Shown here: piece by piece, positions 37,745-47,582 of the stretch
How positions within the stretch are numbered: position 1 is the stretch's first letter
Layout of the letters: every line of letters begins with the position of its first letter
Assembly: GCA_938041505.1 (NCBI GenBank)
Contig: CALITC010000010.1
Coordinates: 576-64,575, forward strand
Direction: 5' to 3'
DNA length: 64,000 bases
Source of the DNA: an uncultured Patescibacteria group bacterium
Lineage (GTDB): Bacteria; Patescibacteriota; JACMRA01
The notes under the pieces: model-generated
What the model was told of the DNA's origin: nothing
What the model saw: only the letters and a program-made list of their open reading frames with translations
The model's database searches: none
Translations under genes and position numbers: made by a program

Positions 37745-37766
37745 TTGTAGACAATTGTAGACAATT
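37745..37766. repeat. Tandem direct repeat TTGTAGACAA x2.2 in an intergenic region
   Basis: TTGTAGACAATTGTAGACAATT contains the palindromic core ACAATTGT and lies about 25 nt upstream of a TACTAT -10-like box. Confidence 0.7.
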
Positions 37767-37813
37767 ATGCTTTTTTGATAGGGTTCTAGTACTATTTGTT
37801 GGTTTTATTAATT

Positions 37814-38410
37814 ATGGCACAACCTTTTGACCCATCCAGTCCAGTTTTTAAACCTCTCCAGTTGATTGATTATCTAATTACCATTCTCAATCTCCCAACC
37901 ATGAGACATCATGAGTATCAACTTAATCAGCTACTCGATGTGGACGAAGCAACCACAACTCATATTTTTAGTCACTTCGAAAATATATATTGGGAAATAA
38001 ACTTTAACTCAATTCTCCACACTAAGCCAGGAGCTCTGACATTAGAAATTCTAGTCTTTGAAGAGGAGCTTGAGTTTGGGCAATACGAAAATCTTTCGTC
38101 CTTGGCAAGCGACTGGAATGAGACGGTGCAAAAAGGGGTTTATTTGGAATACTATCCAAACTTATTCAGTATCGCGCAGCCGGAATGCTCAATAAAACCT
38201 TGGTCAGATAAACCGCTGATTGACAAATTAAGTCCATTGATGGATAAGGAGCGTGATATTGTCCGCTTTACGATCGAACTTAGAAGATATCTTGGATCCT
38301 ATACCGGTATACCTCACTTAGAGGTTGCTAATTTCGACGAATTAGGCCTCATAGTTGAGTATAGATCATACGTTGGTATGCTGCAAAAATATCGCAGTTG
38401 CGCTTTCTGA
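37814..38410 (+). CDS. Hypothetical protein
   Basis: ATG at 37814 (MAQPFDPSS..). TGA stop. Confidence 0.45.
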   Translation: MAQPFDPSSPVFKPLQLIDYLITILNLPTMRHHEYQLNQLLDVDEATTTHIFSHFENIYWEINFNSILHTKPGALTLEILVFEEELEFGQYENLSSLASDWNETVQKGVYLEYYPNLFSIAQPECSIKPWSDKPLIDKLSPLMDKERDIVRFTIELRRYLGSYTGIPHLEVANFDELGLIVEYRSYVGMLQKYRSCAF

Positions 38411-38520
38411 TATGTAACTAACCCTACCCTCCCTATTGCACTAACTATAACGGCAAAGGGAATTTTTTCTTGCGATAAAATATTATATGTGATATAATTA
38501 TTGTATTAGAGAAAACAAAA

Positions 38521-39384
38521 ATGACCAACCAATACAAAAAAGCTGATTTTAAAATTGAGATCGAGATCTGGCAAGGGCTGATGATTGCGAGTGTTCTCTT
38601 CATTATCGCTAGTACCACATTGCTATTTGGTGCGGTACTTCCTCAAGATAAAATATCTCATATACTTGAATACAATAGTGTTAAAACTAAAGTGTACGCT
38701 GACTATACTTCAACCCAAGGATTCGGACTTGATAATTCTATATACCACGACGCAGGTGCTATAACTTGCGATAATCCAGTGTTTTTTGAGTCCACTAATA
38801 ACAAAAATGCCTCTTACAGTAAACACGTACAAGAAAATAGCACATATATTCAAGAACAGATGACTGAGGAAGGTGATTTTGCTCAATTTTTGAGCGCGTC
38901 TTTGTTGTATAACGAAAAATTAAATGATTTTTTGGATGCCCAAGATAAATCATCTGCAGAATTAACAGCAATTTTTAATGATTTTCAGGATTATTGCTCT
39001 ATTACGAATCGTGAAGTAATGATCCACTCAAGTAGAGTTAAAGAGTACTTTGACACACTCGCTGTGAAGAATATTTCTATTAAGGGTGATTGGGTAGCTA
39101 ATCACGAAGCTTTTAATATACTTGTGTCGCAGAGCCCGCAAGATGCACGTTTTTCTGATACCTTGAAAAACTCCCCAAAACTACAGGAGAGATATACCAA
39201 TCTATTTGTTGTGCATATTGATTTTAAAGAAGGAATGCAAGAATTAGAGGCTGTTGATGAACTATTCCTAGAAGCACTTAGATCCTACGAACTCGCTGAA
39301 TTTACTGAAATCAGTTCAGCTAACAACCCTCCTTCTGAGATACTCTACTTTTCAGATGCTGTTCAGGTTGAAGAAGGTGCATAA
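38521..39384 (+). CDS. Hypothetical membrane-anchored protein
   Basis: Single N-terminal TM segment (WQGLMIASVLFIIASTTLLFGAVL) followed by a ~240-aa extracytoplasmic region. Confidence 0.5.
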   Translation: MTNQYKKADFKIEIEIWQGLMIASVLFIIASTTLLFGAVLPQDKISHILEYNSVKTKVYADYTSTQGFGLDNSIYHDAGAITCDNPVFFESTNNKNASYSKHVQENSTYIQEQMTEEGDFAQFLSASLLYNEKLNDFLDAQDKSSAELTAIFNDFQDYCSITNREVMIHSSRVKEYFDTLAVKNISIKGDWVANHEAFNILVSQSPQDARFSDTLKNSPKLQERYTNLFVVHIDFKEGMQELEAVDELFLEALRSYELAEFTEISSANNPPSEILYFSDAVQVEEGA

Positions 39385-39399
39385 TAAGCTGGCTATATC

Positions 39400-39428
39400 T
39401 TGACTATTTTCCTTGGTTAAGGTTATAT
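39400..39428 (+). promoter_or_regulatory. Promoter of serS with leaderless geometry
   Basis: TTGACT-17 nt-TTATAT. The -10 box ends 8 nt before ATG 39437 and there is no SD. Confidence 0.45.
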
Positions 39429-39436
39429 TCTGTTAT

Positions 39437-40696
39437 ATGATCGATGTAAAGCATTTGTTGGCACACACTGAGTTGTACACCCAGGAACTAGAAAAAAGAT
39501 TCATGGATACCAGCCTGGCAAGCCAAACGGCACAAGCTTACAAGCACGTGACACAATTGAAGCAGGAGTTGGATGAGATCCGTAAAAAAAAGAATGATTT
39601 TAACAAGCTTGTCATTACACTGCAAGGTGATGAGAAAATGTCGGCAATTGCCAGTATGAAAGAATCCGCTGCAAAACTGAAAGAGTTAGAGAGTGCTCAT
39701 AAAAAGGCTCAAGAGGAGTTAAGAGAGTTGGTATTCCGAATCCCAAATATTACGTGGAGCGATATTCCCGTTGCAGCCGATGACTCTGGTAATGTTGCGA
39801 CTCGAGTGATCTTGAATAAGCCCGCTTATGATTTTGAAGTAAAGCATTATTACCAACTTCCTGCTTTTGAACGAGATTACAAATCTGCTGAAGGGGTAGA
39901 GGCTGCAGGTGCTCGAGGTTACTATCTCACCGGTGATTTGGCGCGAATGCAAAGAGCATTGTTTCGTTGGGTTGAGGATAGAATCTTAGAGGCAGGTTTT
40001 GAGTACGTTATCCCACCAATTATGGTCAATGATCAGGTGATGTATGGAACAGGTTTTTTCCCGAGTTCTAAAAACGATTTTTACACGGTTAACCCCGACG
40101 AAGATAACCTCTATCTAGTAGGCAGCTCCGAGCCAAGCCTGATGTATCTCCTTCAAGGCAAAAAGCTCGATTTGGATAACCCAAGACTGCTCACAGCCAA
40201 CACCACTTGTTTTCGCCGCGAAGCAGGGAGCTACGGCCAAGATACTAAAGGTGGCATACGCGTCCATCAATTTGAAAAGATCGAACAGGTTGTTGTCTGC
40301 AAACCAGAGTCGTCTATGGAAATGTTTGAATTCTTAACAGACTTTTTTACCGAGACTATTACTTTACTCGGTCTGCACGCTCATCATCTGGAAGTTTCTA
40401 GTGGTGATATGAGCCTTAAAAACAACCGAATGATTGATATCGAAGCTTGGTTCCCAGCGCAAAATAAATACCGTGAACTTTGCTCTAGCTCTAACTGCAC
40501 CGACTTCCAGACTCGAAATCTGAATATCAAGTACCAGACTGATGATGGGTCATATGCCTTAGCTCACTCACTTAATTGTACAGGAGTTACTAACCGAACT
40601 ATGTTTGCGATTATGGAACAATTCCAGCAAGATGACGGAAGTGTTATTATCCCAGAAATTATCCGTCCCTACGTTGGATTTGATATTCTCAAATAA
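39437..40696 (+). CDS. serS: Serine--tRNA ligase
   Basis: N-terminal coiled-coil arm and class II motifs (..CFRREAGSYG.., ..SLNCTGVTNRTMFAIMEQFQ..). Confidence 0.9.
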   Translation: MIDVKHLLAHTELYTQELEKRFMDTSLASQTAQAYKHVTQLKQELDEIRKKKNDFNKLVITLQGDEKMSAIASMKESAAKLKELESAHKKAQEELRELVFRIPNITWSDIPVAADDSGNVATRVILNKPAYDFEVKHYYQLPAFERDYKSAEGVEAAGARGYYLTGDLARMQRALFRWVEDRILEAGFEYVIPPIMVNDQVMYGTGFFPSSKNDFYTVNPDEDNLYLVGSSEPSLMYLLQGKKLDLDNPRLLTANTTCFRREAGSYGQDTKGGIRVHQFEKIEQVVVCKPESSMEMFEFLTDFFTETITLLGLHAHHLEVSSGDMSLKNNRMIDIEAWFPAQNKYRELCSSSNCTDFQTRNLNIKYQTDDGSYALAHSLNCTGVTNRTMFAIMEQFQQDDGSVIIPEIIRPYVGFDILK

Positions 40697-40739
40697 TCAG
40701 CTTGTCTAAACCAACAAATCCGCATATAATTACTAGTAT

Positions 40740-41660
40740 ATGTCAGTAAGACTTGTACCGGCGCTTTTGACCATAAGCTTAATGAACTTGGGCTTGTATA
40801 CTCACGCTCAGGTTTTTTGCGAACCCCCTGCTATTGATGTTGAGCTAGGCGATGCTGAGCTACGTACGGACCAAAACTTTACCTGTTCTTACAACTCTAG
40901 AATTTGTCCTATTGTCTACTCAGACTCCAATAACGATGGTGTACGCGACCCTGGAGAGCTTGTTTTTCGGGACGTTGCAGTAGAACTAACTAACGAGGCA
41001 GAGACCAATATTATTTATACCGAGAATACCGACAACGGAGAAAATGCCTGCTTCGCACCGCTAACTGACGGCACCACATATCGAGTGCGAATTCTCAATG
41101 GCAGCGGGACCAACTGGCCTTCTCCTCAGATAACAACCCCAGGATACGATCCTAGCTTCCCTAATATTCAAGAATATGATGTAACCACCACAACTGGTAC
41201 CCAGCTAGCAGAATTTGGTTTTTCACCAGGTGGAATTACCCTCAATGTACCAACAGACGTAACTTTGCTTGGAGTCACAACTGACGACGAAGATCAAGAT
41301 ACCTCAACAATTATCAGCCCAATTGAGGTCGAAGATACCCGCTCTGGAGTTACTGATTGGTCAGTTACCGGTGTTGTAGAGAACTTTGTTTCAACCGACT
41401 CACTCACAACTATCCCAATTGCCAATGCTTTTGATTCTAATCCAGGTACAATTACGATTATCAGCGGTTCGGCAGACGGTATTTCGGGAGGCTCAGGCTA
41501 CACTGTATCTGGGACCACAGATCCATTTACTGTCATCCAAGGACAAAACAATAACGGTCTCGGAGAATTTAATATCGAGCACGGTATTACTCTAACAGTA
41601 CCCTCTTACACTCCAGCAAAAGATTACGACTCCACCCTTACCTACACTTTAATTAATTAA
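40740..41660 (+). CDS. Secreted protein with an SdrD-B-like N-terminal domain and a WxL-like C-terminal domain
   Basis: Signal peptide. VYSDSNNDGVRDPGELVFRDVAVELT is SdrD-B-like. EDTRSGVTDWSVTGVVENF and the C-terminal ..YDSTLTYTLIN parallel the C-terminus of 31139-32371. Confidence 0.5.
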   Translation: MSVRLVPALLTISLMNLGLYTHAQVFCEPPAIDVELGDAELRTDQNFTCSYNSRICPIVYSDSNNDGVRDPGELVFRDVAVELTNEAETNIIYTENTDNGENACFAPLTDGTTYRVRILNGSGTNWPSPQITTPGYDPSFPNIQEYDVTTTTGTQLAEFGFSPGGITLNVPTDVTLLGVTTDDEDQDTSTIISPIEVEDTRSGVTDWSVTGVVENFVSTDSLTTIPIANAFDSNPGTITIISGSADGISGGSGYTVSGTTDPFTVIQGQNNNGLGEFNIEHGITLTVPSYTPAKDYDSTLTYTLIN

Positions 41661-41766
41661 GTAAAAAAAAGAACCCCTCAATTAATAAAGAGCTCAAATG
41701 GTTAATTTTTCCATATATTTTTTTGAAAAATTAAGATATGGTCATGTAAAATTATAATGGAGGCGA

Positions 41767-43134
41767 TTAAACCAAATCCCAAGAATCTGATTGAGAACCT
41801 ATCGAAGCCAAGTCTCCTTGCACTCCAGATAACCACTGCCAAACTTTGTCATCATTCGTGCGAGTAATAATATCGTCATTCCCGTCTCCATTAAGATCAG
41901 AGACTCCAATGATATCTTCTCCTGCCCAGTAACGAGTGCCGACATAGGTTCCATTACTTTGCCGCCCATCATACCAGATATGCACTTGGCGATTGCCATG
42001 TGTCCACACAATATCATCCTTACCATTCCCGTCAAAATCACCTACGGCCTCGATGCTCCAAGTGGTTGATTGATGACCAAGTCTATCTCCAGCTCCACTC
42101 AGTGGATCACCTCCTCCCCAGTAAGAGACCTCTTGATTACTTTGGTTACGAAATATTAAGTCGTCTTTACCATCACCGTTGATGTCACCAACTCCGACAG
42201 TTTCCCATACAGAAGATTGGTAACCGAGCCGTGAGCTAATATCTTGCCTTCCTCCCCACCAAGTAGACACTTCTTGTCCGGTGGGCCCCTTGAGTCTGAA
42301 GGTGATATCATCTTTACCATCGCCATTGAGATCTCCAATACCTAGTAAGCTCCAAGAATTACCTTGTCTTCCAAGTCTTCCTCCAGCAAATCGATTAGTA
42401 TCATCCCAATAACCCACCTCCCCTTGTTCGTGCCACCAGGCAATATCAAGTTCATCATCACCATCAAAATCTCCTGTGCCAATAGCTTCCCAAGTCTTAG
42501 ATTGGTACCCAAGACGGGTAAAATCAAAACGATCCCCACCATTCCAAGTAGAGATTTCATTATTGGCAATTTGTAAATGCCAGAGGAGATCACCTTTGCC
42601 GTCATTGTCTAGGTCGTTTGTGATGTTTTGTGAGATTGGAGAGTTTGCTGAAGTAAGTGTTTCAAAAGCATTAGTTCCATCTGGATCTTCATAGAATGTG
42701 AAACCTACTGCTGTAGAGTTATTTCTAATTCTTGAAGAATAAACTTCAATATGAAGGTGTTCGCCAGTACCAAAACCAGTTGCTCCTTGGTTACCTAATC
42801 TATCATTTAATTTTACCTTTTTACCTACAAATAAAGAAGGGTCAATTGAATCTAAATGATTAAGCGTTACCACAAATTCTTGTCCTACAAATATAAATGC
42901 CAGGGCTACTTGGTTGCCCCAGTTACCATTATAATCTGCGTAAATAATTTCTCCGTCCGCAGGAGCTAATAATGGTTGGTAAAATATTTTCCTACCATAT
43001 TGATTCACTGTGATAAGATCGTATGCTTTTCCGGAAGTATGTTTTCCACCTCCAAGAACTCCATTACGATAATATTCATCGTGTGTTACATAAGCTCTTT
43101 GTCCAGCTGCATAAGGTAAATATATAGATACCAT
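41767..43134 (-). CDS. M23-family metallopeptidase fused to a multi-blade FG-GAP/VCBS repeat propeller
   Basis: HTSGKAYDL and GTGEHLHIEV match the M23 motifs. They are followed by six repeats of GD(F/L/I)(D/N)GDGKDD(I/L). ATG 43134 has a GAGGA SD. No signal peptide is recognisable. Confidence 0.7.
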   Translation of the reverse strand: MVSIYLPYAAGQRAYVTHDEYYRNGVLGGGKHTSGKAYDLITVNQYGRKIFYQPLLAPADGEIIYADYNGNWGNQVALAFIFVGQEFVVTLNHLDSIDPSLFVGKKVKLNDRLGNQGATGFGTGEHLHIEVYSSRIRNNSTAVGFTFYEDPDGTNAFETLTSANSPISQNITNDLDNDGKGDLLWHLQIANNEISTWNGGDRFDFTRLGYQSKTWEAIGTGDFDGDDELDIAWWHEQGEVGYWDDTNRFAGGRLGRQGNSWSLLGIGDLNGDGKDDITFRLKGPTGQEVSTWWGGRQDISSRLGYQSSVWETVGVGDINGDGKDDLIFRNQSNQEVSYWGGGDPLSGAGDRLGHQSTTWSIEAVGDFDGNGKDDIVWTHGNRQVHIWYDGRQSNGTYVGTRYWAGEDIIGVSDLNGDGNDDIITRTNDDKVWQWLSGVQGDLASIGSQSDSWDLV

Positions 43135-43180
43135 CGTTTTTCCTCTAAGAATATTTGTACAGACATTATGCTGCATAAGA

Positions 43181-43209
43181 ATAATGACACGTATTTTTAT
43201 ATATGTCAA
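43181..43209 (-). promoter_or_regulatory. Sigma70-like promoter upstream of the M23 gene
   Basis: On the minus strand, TTGACA-17 nt-CATTAT. It overlaps the end of the upstream gene. Confidence 0.35.
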
Positions 43210-43210
43210 G

Positions 43211-43912
43211 TCAATATTCTAAACTACTAACAACTTTAATGAACATGTCATTACTTAAATCTTTTTCACCGTAATTGACTTGAACAGTATACTCTACAGT
43301 GCCATCTAGTACACCATTTAGCTTGCTATAATCAGAATTATTATCGTACTTTATGCTAGACACTGCCAATTCATTAAAAGGGCAATATGATATGGAAGAG
43401 GTAGTTGCTGTTAAGCTATTACCGTCTTGAAAAATATTTATACCATTAGGTAACGTATCAACTAAAATTACATTTGGATTCTCAACTTCGCAGCCGATAA
43501 CTTCTAGTGGAAATAATGAAAAAGTTACAACTTCATTAGCATCGATTACATTAAGTACAAACACATTTTGCTCCGGATATATTTCTGATTTTGTAACAAC
43601 CATATCTACATATGCTCTAGTAGGATACTCGAATGAAAATCCTGGAAAAAGCTCATTAGTATATGTTTGGTAGTCTTCTTCTATTTGATCTACAGCATAG
43701 TCTTTGGTTTCAGTTTCCGAAACGGAGTTTGCAGTAGAGCGATTTATGGTTTCCGATAGAGAGTTTTGTTCTTGGCTTGCAGTAGATTCATAAGATATTG
43801 ATGTTTGTGAAGCAGTATTATCATTATCTAGCTGAGAGAATCCATATACCCCTCCCCCAATAACAAGCAGAGAGGTGATGGTGACCCCTATATATTTAGC
43901 CGTTTTAGTCAT
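43211..43912 (-). CDS. Hypothetical membrane-anchored/secreted protein
   Basis: N-terminal TM segment (YIGVTITSLLVIGGGVYGF) followed by an S/T-rich linker. It lies immediately upstream of the M23 gene. Confidence 0.5.
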   Translation of the reverse strand: MTKTAKYIGVTITSLLVIGGGVYGFSQLDNDNTASQTSISYESTASQEQNSLSETINRSTANSVSETETKDYAVDQIEEDYQTYTNELFPGFSFEYPTRAYVDMVVTKSEIYPEQNVFVLNVIDANEVVTFSLFPLEVIGCEVENPNVILVDTLPNGINIFQDGNSLTATTSSISYCPFNELAVSSIKYDNNSDYSKLNGVLDGTVEYTVQVNYGEKDLSNDMFIKVVSSLEY

Positions 43913-44014
43913 TTGTAAGATTTAAGATTAAGTTTTAATTAATAACAATGTTATACAAAAGGGTATAATTGTCAAGCAGCTTAAGGAATATTTGTGATAC
44001 ATACTTTTTATCAT

Positions 44015-45982
44015 TTAGAACAAGACCAAATCCACACCTTGTTCTAATTGTAAGCCTTCGATTTTTCTGTTGAATATATTGTCCTTTGTGGCAGTGTTTT
44101 CTCCAAGTCTGAGCGTAGGGTTATTAAGACCGGGTTGTGGATAAAAAGATAGCTTTTCATACGATTTTTGGCTTAGATCGAAAGATACTTCCAAGGTTGT
44201 TTCCCCAGGCCTATCATTGATATATGCCCCTGCAACTAGGCTACCATCTGGATTTTGGTATACAAAACCTTCGTCTTCCAAATCTGCTACGGACTGGGCT
44301 GTGTTAGAGATCACTTCGGGTGTCCGAGCCTTATAGCGTGTATTTAACTGAGATCGTATCTGATAGTAGGGTCTCAACCCTCCGTCTTCAAGTTGTGGCG
44401 TGCTATCGACGTGAATGTTACTAGCATTTATCGGCAATTGGAATCCAAAATAATTAATTCCAAATGGATTGAACCCGCGCTGTAAAAACTCTGTCTGTCC
44501 AAGTTGCTGCTTATACTTCAACGTTATCCTGTATCCGCCGAAATTACGCTTGGCACTGATGCCAAAATTATTGTCAGTAATGAGTTGACGCTTATCTCCG
44601 CTCACATTTGATAGTAAGAACGTAATAGTGTCAGGGTTCAAATCTGCACATACTTGGTCGGAAGAAAACCCTATATTTCTTACAAAACTAGTCAAATCAT
44701 TGCTTGGATACCACATCTGAATATGTCTCGCGAACAAACCATGCAAGAGGATTTGTACTATGTTACTAGGGCCATAATAATCCAGTATTTCATCAAAACT
44801 GTCTATCAAGCTTTCAAAAATATTTTTAATTTGTTTTTTTGGATTCGTAATATCCACAGCCTGAAAACTACTCAACCGTTCGATCTCGTCCAATAGATTA
44901 TCCGGGTTAAATGTACCAACTTCTGGAACTTCAATTATCAAATCTGGAGGCAGTAATGTCTTTAAAATATTCGGAGTTATCATGTAGAGCTGGTTGATGG
45001 TAAATCCGTTTACACTCTTCTCAAATTCTTCGGCTAATAGTTCTGCTGAATCTCTAAAGCACGGAAAGAAATTCATGTTGTGGAGTCCTTGAGGGAGTGC
45101 CCGATTGTCAAAAAATCGCGCATACATCCACGTGTGAGGATGGGCTACAATTTCTTCTTTTGTTACATTCGAGACATAGTAAATTGACTGACTTTCTTTG
45201 ATCGACAGCTCACCTTGACTAACCTCCATAATAATATATGACCCCGTAAAGCCTCCAGTGGGTCTCGCTTCTCCCGGATTTTGGTTGAAAAGAACTATGG
45301 TTTGCGCTGAGTAGTGACCGAGTAAAAATAATATTTTTTGCTGATTGACAAGTATATAATCAAGTAGGTCTAATGCTTTACTTACTTTATTAAACAAACC
45401 TAGCAATTCACTAGAAACAACCCCAGCTATTCTATATGGCCAAAGCGACCGCCAATAAAATCGAGTTTGCTCCATTACTTCTGGGGCTTTAGTAAAAAAA
45501 TCCTGCAAAGCATTGGTAAATGTGGGCTTACTTACTCCGGCGCTAAGGCCACTGGAAGTTATTTCGTACTCTCCTAGAGGCTGTACAATTTTCTTCCATT
45601 CCTTGATCAAACCCAAGGCTTTTTTTGTTTCGTAAGTTGTCAGCCACTCTGTTAACCAAAAATTGTTCACTGGTTCAGCTATGGTGTTAACTTCGTCAAT
45701 AATTAACTTCTCTAAACCATCCTCAAGATCTGCGGTCACTTTGAATAGATCGCTAATATAACTAATTAGACTTTCTTGGCGAGTTGAAATGTTACTATAA
45801 CTTTGAGATATTCGGGCTAAAGTAGTTACCCCTAGCATCGCTATTACCAGACTAATTGTAATTATACCAAAAAACCAATTTCTTTTTCTACCGCCAGATA
45901 TATTCTTTTTAGCCCAGTTTTGAGTGTTGGGATTTTTCTTCAGACCTCGTAGTTTGTCATGGAGTTGCAAGTGCTGATTCAC
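44015..45982 (-). CDS. DUF4012-family protein
   Basis: N-terminal TM anchor, ~650 aa in size, and the ..ARPTGGFTGSYIIMEV.. motif characteristic of DUF4012. Confidence 0.55.
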   Translation of the reverse strand: MNQHLQLHDKLRGLKKNPNTQNWAKKNISGGRKRNWFFGIITISLVIAMLGVTTLARISQSYSNISTRQESLISYISDLFKVTADLEDGLEKLIIDEVNTIAEPVNNFWLTEWLTTYETKKALGLIKEWKKIVQPLGEYEITSSGLSAGVSKPTFTNALQDFFTKAPEVMEQTRFYWRSLWPYRIAGVVSSELLGLFNKVSKALDLLDYILVNQQKILFLLGHYSAQTIVLFNQNPGEARPTGGFTGSYIIMEVSQGELSIKESQSIYYVSNVTKEEIVAHPHTWMYARFFDNRALPQGLHNMNFFPCFRDSAELLAEEFEKSVNGFTINQLYMITPNILKTLLPPDLIIEVPEVGTFNPDNLLDEIERLSSFQAVDITNPKKQIKNIFESLIDSFDEILDYYGPSNIVQILLHGLFARHIQMWYPSNDLTSFVRNIGFSSDQVCADLNPDTITFLLSNVSGDKRQLITDNNFGISAKRNFGGYRITLKYKQQLGQTEFLQRGFNPFGINYFGFQLPINASNIHVDSTPQLEDGGLRPYYQIRSQLNTRYKARTPEVISNTAQSVADLEDEGFVYQNPDGSLVAGAYINDRPGETTLEVSFDLSQKSYEKLSFYPQPGLNNPTLRLGENTATKDNIFNRKIEGLQLEQGVDLVLF

Positions 45983-46000
45983 GTGGCAAAATAAAATATG

Positions 46001-46993
46001 TTATATCTGCAAGGCTAGATCTGCTAAGCGATTGCTGTAGCCCCATTCGTTGTCGTACCACATTACTATCGTTAATAGATTGTTGGTATACTTTAGAAGA
46101 TTGACATCAATGATCGCAGAATGAGAATTGCCAACTATATCACTAGAAACTAGCGGATCTGATGTTAATTGTAGAATACTTGGGTGCTTTTGTGAGTACT
46201 CTTCCAGACTTTTTCTAACAGACTCTTTTGTTGCCTCTTCATCTTCTAGCTCAACCACTAGTTGAATAATTGACCCAGACATTATAGGAACCCTCAAGGC
46301 ACTAAGCTCTATCTTGCCTTGAATTTCTGGAATAACTTTCTCTACAGCCTTGGCCGCACCAGTGCTCGTAGGGATGATATTTGAAGCAGCCCTCCCTTTG
46401 CGAAAATCTTTATCACTCGGAGAATCCTGCAGTCTTTGGGTGGAGGTATATGCATGCACAGTAACTCCACTGCCCCGTACAATACCAAAGCTATCCTGCA
46501 GTACTTTTGCTACCGGGGCTAGGCAATTGGTTGTACAACTGGCATTGGAATATATTGGCAAACCCTTAGGAACTTCACTGACTCCAACTACGATCGTCGG
46601 GATAGTCTCTGATTTGGCTGGTGCAGATATAAGAACTTGTTTGGCGCCTGCTTGGAGGTGCTTTTTAGCCGCTTCTTCGTCCCTAAAGAAGCCTGTGCAC
46701 TCAATAACCACATCTATATCGTGATTACTCCAAGGGATATTAAGTGGGTTTTTTTCGGCATAAACTGGCACTATTTTTCCGTTGATCATAATACCAGCTT
46801 CGTTAGCCTGAACGTCAAAACTTGGTTGCCCAAATGTTGAGTCGTACTTGAATAGATAGGCAAGATTAGCATTGGTTGTAAGATCGTTAATTGCCACAAG
46901 CTCACATTGATCGCTGTACTTTTCCAATAAAATTCTTGTCGTGAGACGGCCTATTCTACCAAATCCATTAATTGCAATTCTTTTCTTGGTCAT
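46001..46993 (-). CDS. gap: Type I glyceraldehyde-3-phosphate dehydrogenase
   Basis: INGFGRIGR NAD motif, SNASCTTNCLAP active site, and the WYDNEWGYS C-terminal motif. Confidence 0.95.
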   Translation of the reverse strand: MTKKRIAINGFGRIGRLTTRILLEKYSDQCELVAINDLTTNANLAYLFKYDSTFGQPSFDVQANEAGIMINGKIVPVYAEKNPLNIPWSNHDIDVVIECTGFFRDEEAAKKHLQAGAKQVLISAPAKSETIPTIVVGVSEVPKGLPIYSNASCTTNCLAPVAKVLQDSFGIVRGSGVTVHAYTSTQRLQDSPSDKDFRKGRAASNIIPTSTGAAKAVEKVIPEIQGKIELSALRVPIMSGSIIQLVVELEDEEATKESVRKSLEEYSQKHPSILQLTSDPLVSSDIVGNSHSAIIDVNLLKYTNNLLTIVMWYDNEWGYSNRLADLALQI

Positions 46994-47065
46994 ATACTAC
47001 TCAGACTAAGTAGAATTCTACTGGTTGTCAACGAATGATACCAGACGGTTGTCACACCGATATCA

Positions 47066-47575
47066 CTATTCTGCAGGTGGTTTGGGTTTTTGGGTTATCT
47101 TTTTCAAAAAGGCGCCGATTCCACCATATATCTCCTGAACTTTATCTTTTATTCCCGGAATTAGCTTTAGGTCATAATAGAAAACTTTAACCAGAAAAGC
47201 CCCAATTGCTACAAATCCCCAAAAATATCTTGTGGAAGAAGTTCTCAAGAGTGCATACAACCCTAGTATTAAAATGAAGGCCAGATTTGAAGCCCATATC
47301 TTGACCGCAGCCAAATAGCCATCCTCATATCCTTGCTTCAGCCGTGGAGATTCTCGATCGTGATGTTTCACGTTATAGAAGAAAAACCATATCATGAAGA
47401 ATAAACTATAAGATATTGTCCACACCAAAGTAAATATCAATAAATGAGTTAAAATTGTTTCGAGAGGTGGAATACTCAGTGGGAAAAAACCTTGACTAGA
47501 TTCACTTGCACTTTCTACAGCAGATGCAGTGTCTGCGTTAGCTGGTGAAATCGCTTCGTATAGATCTTCAGACAT
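47066..47575 (-). CDS. Hypothetical membrane protein
   Basis: Acidic N-terminus followed by 4 TM segments. Confidence 0.45.
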   Translation of the reverse strand: MSEDLYEAISPANADTASAVESASESSQGFFPLSIPPLETILTHLLIFTLVWTISYSLFFMIWFFFYNVKHHDRESPRLKQGYEDGYLAAVKIWASNLAFILILGLYALLRTSSTRYFWGFVAIGAFLVKVFYYDLKLIPGIKDKVQEIYGGIGAFLKKITQKPKPPAE

Positions 47576-47582
47576 ATTTAGT

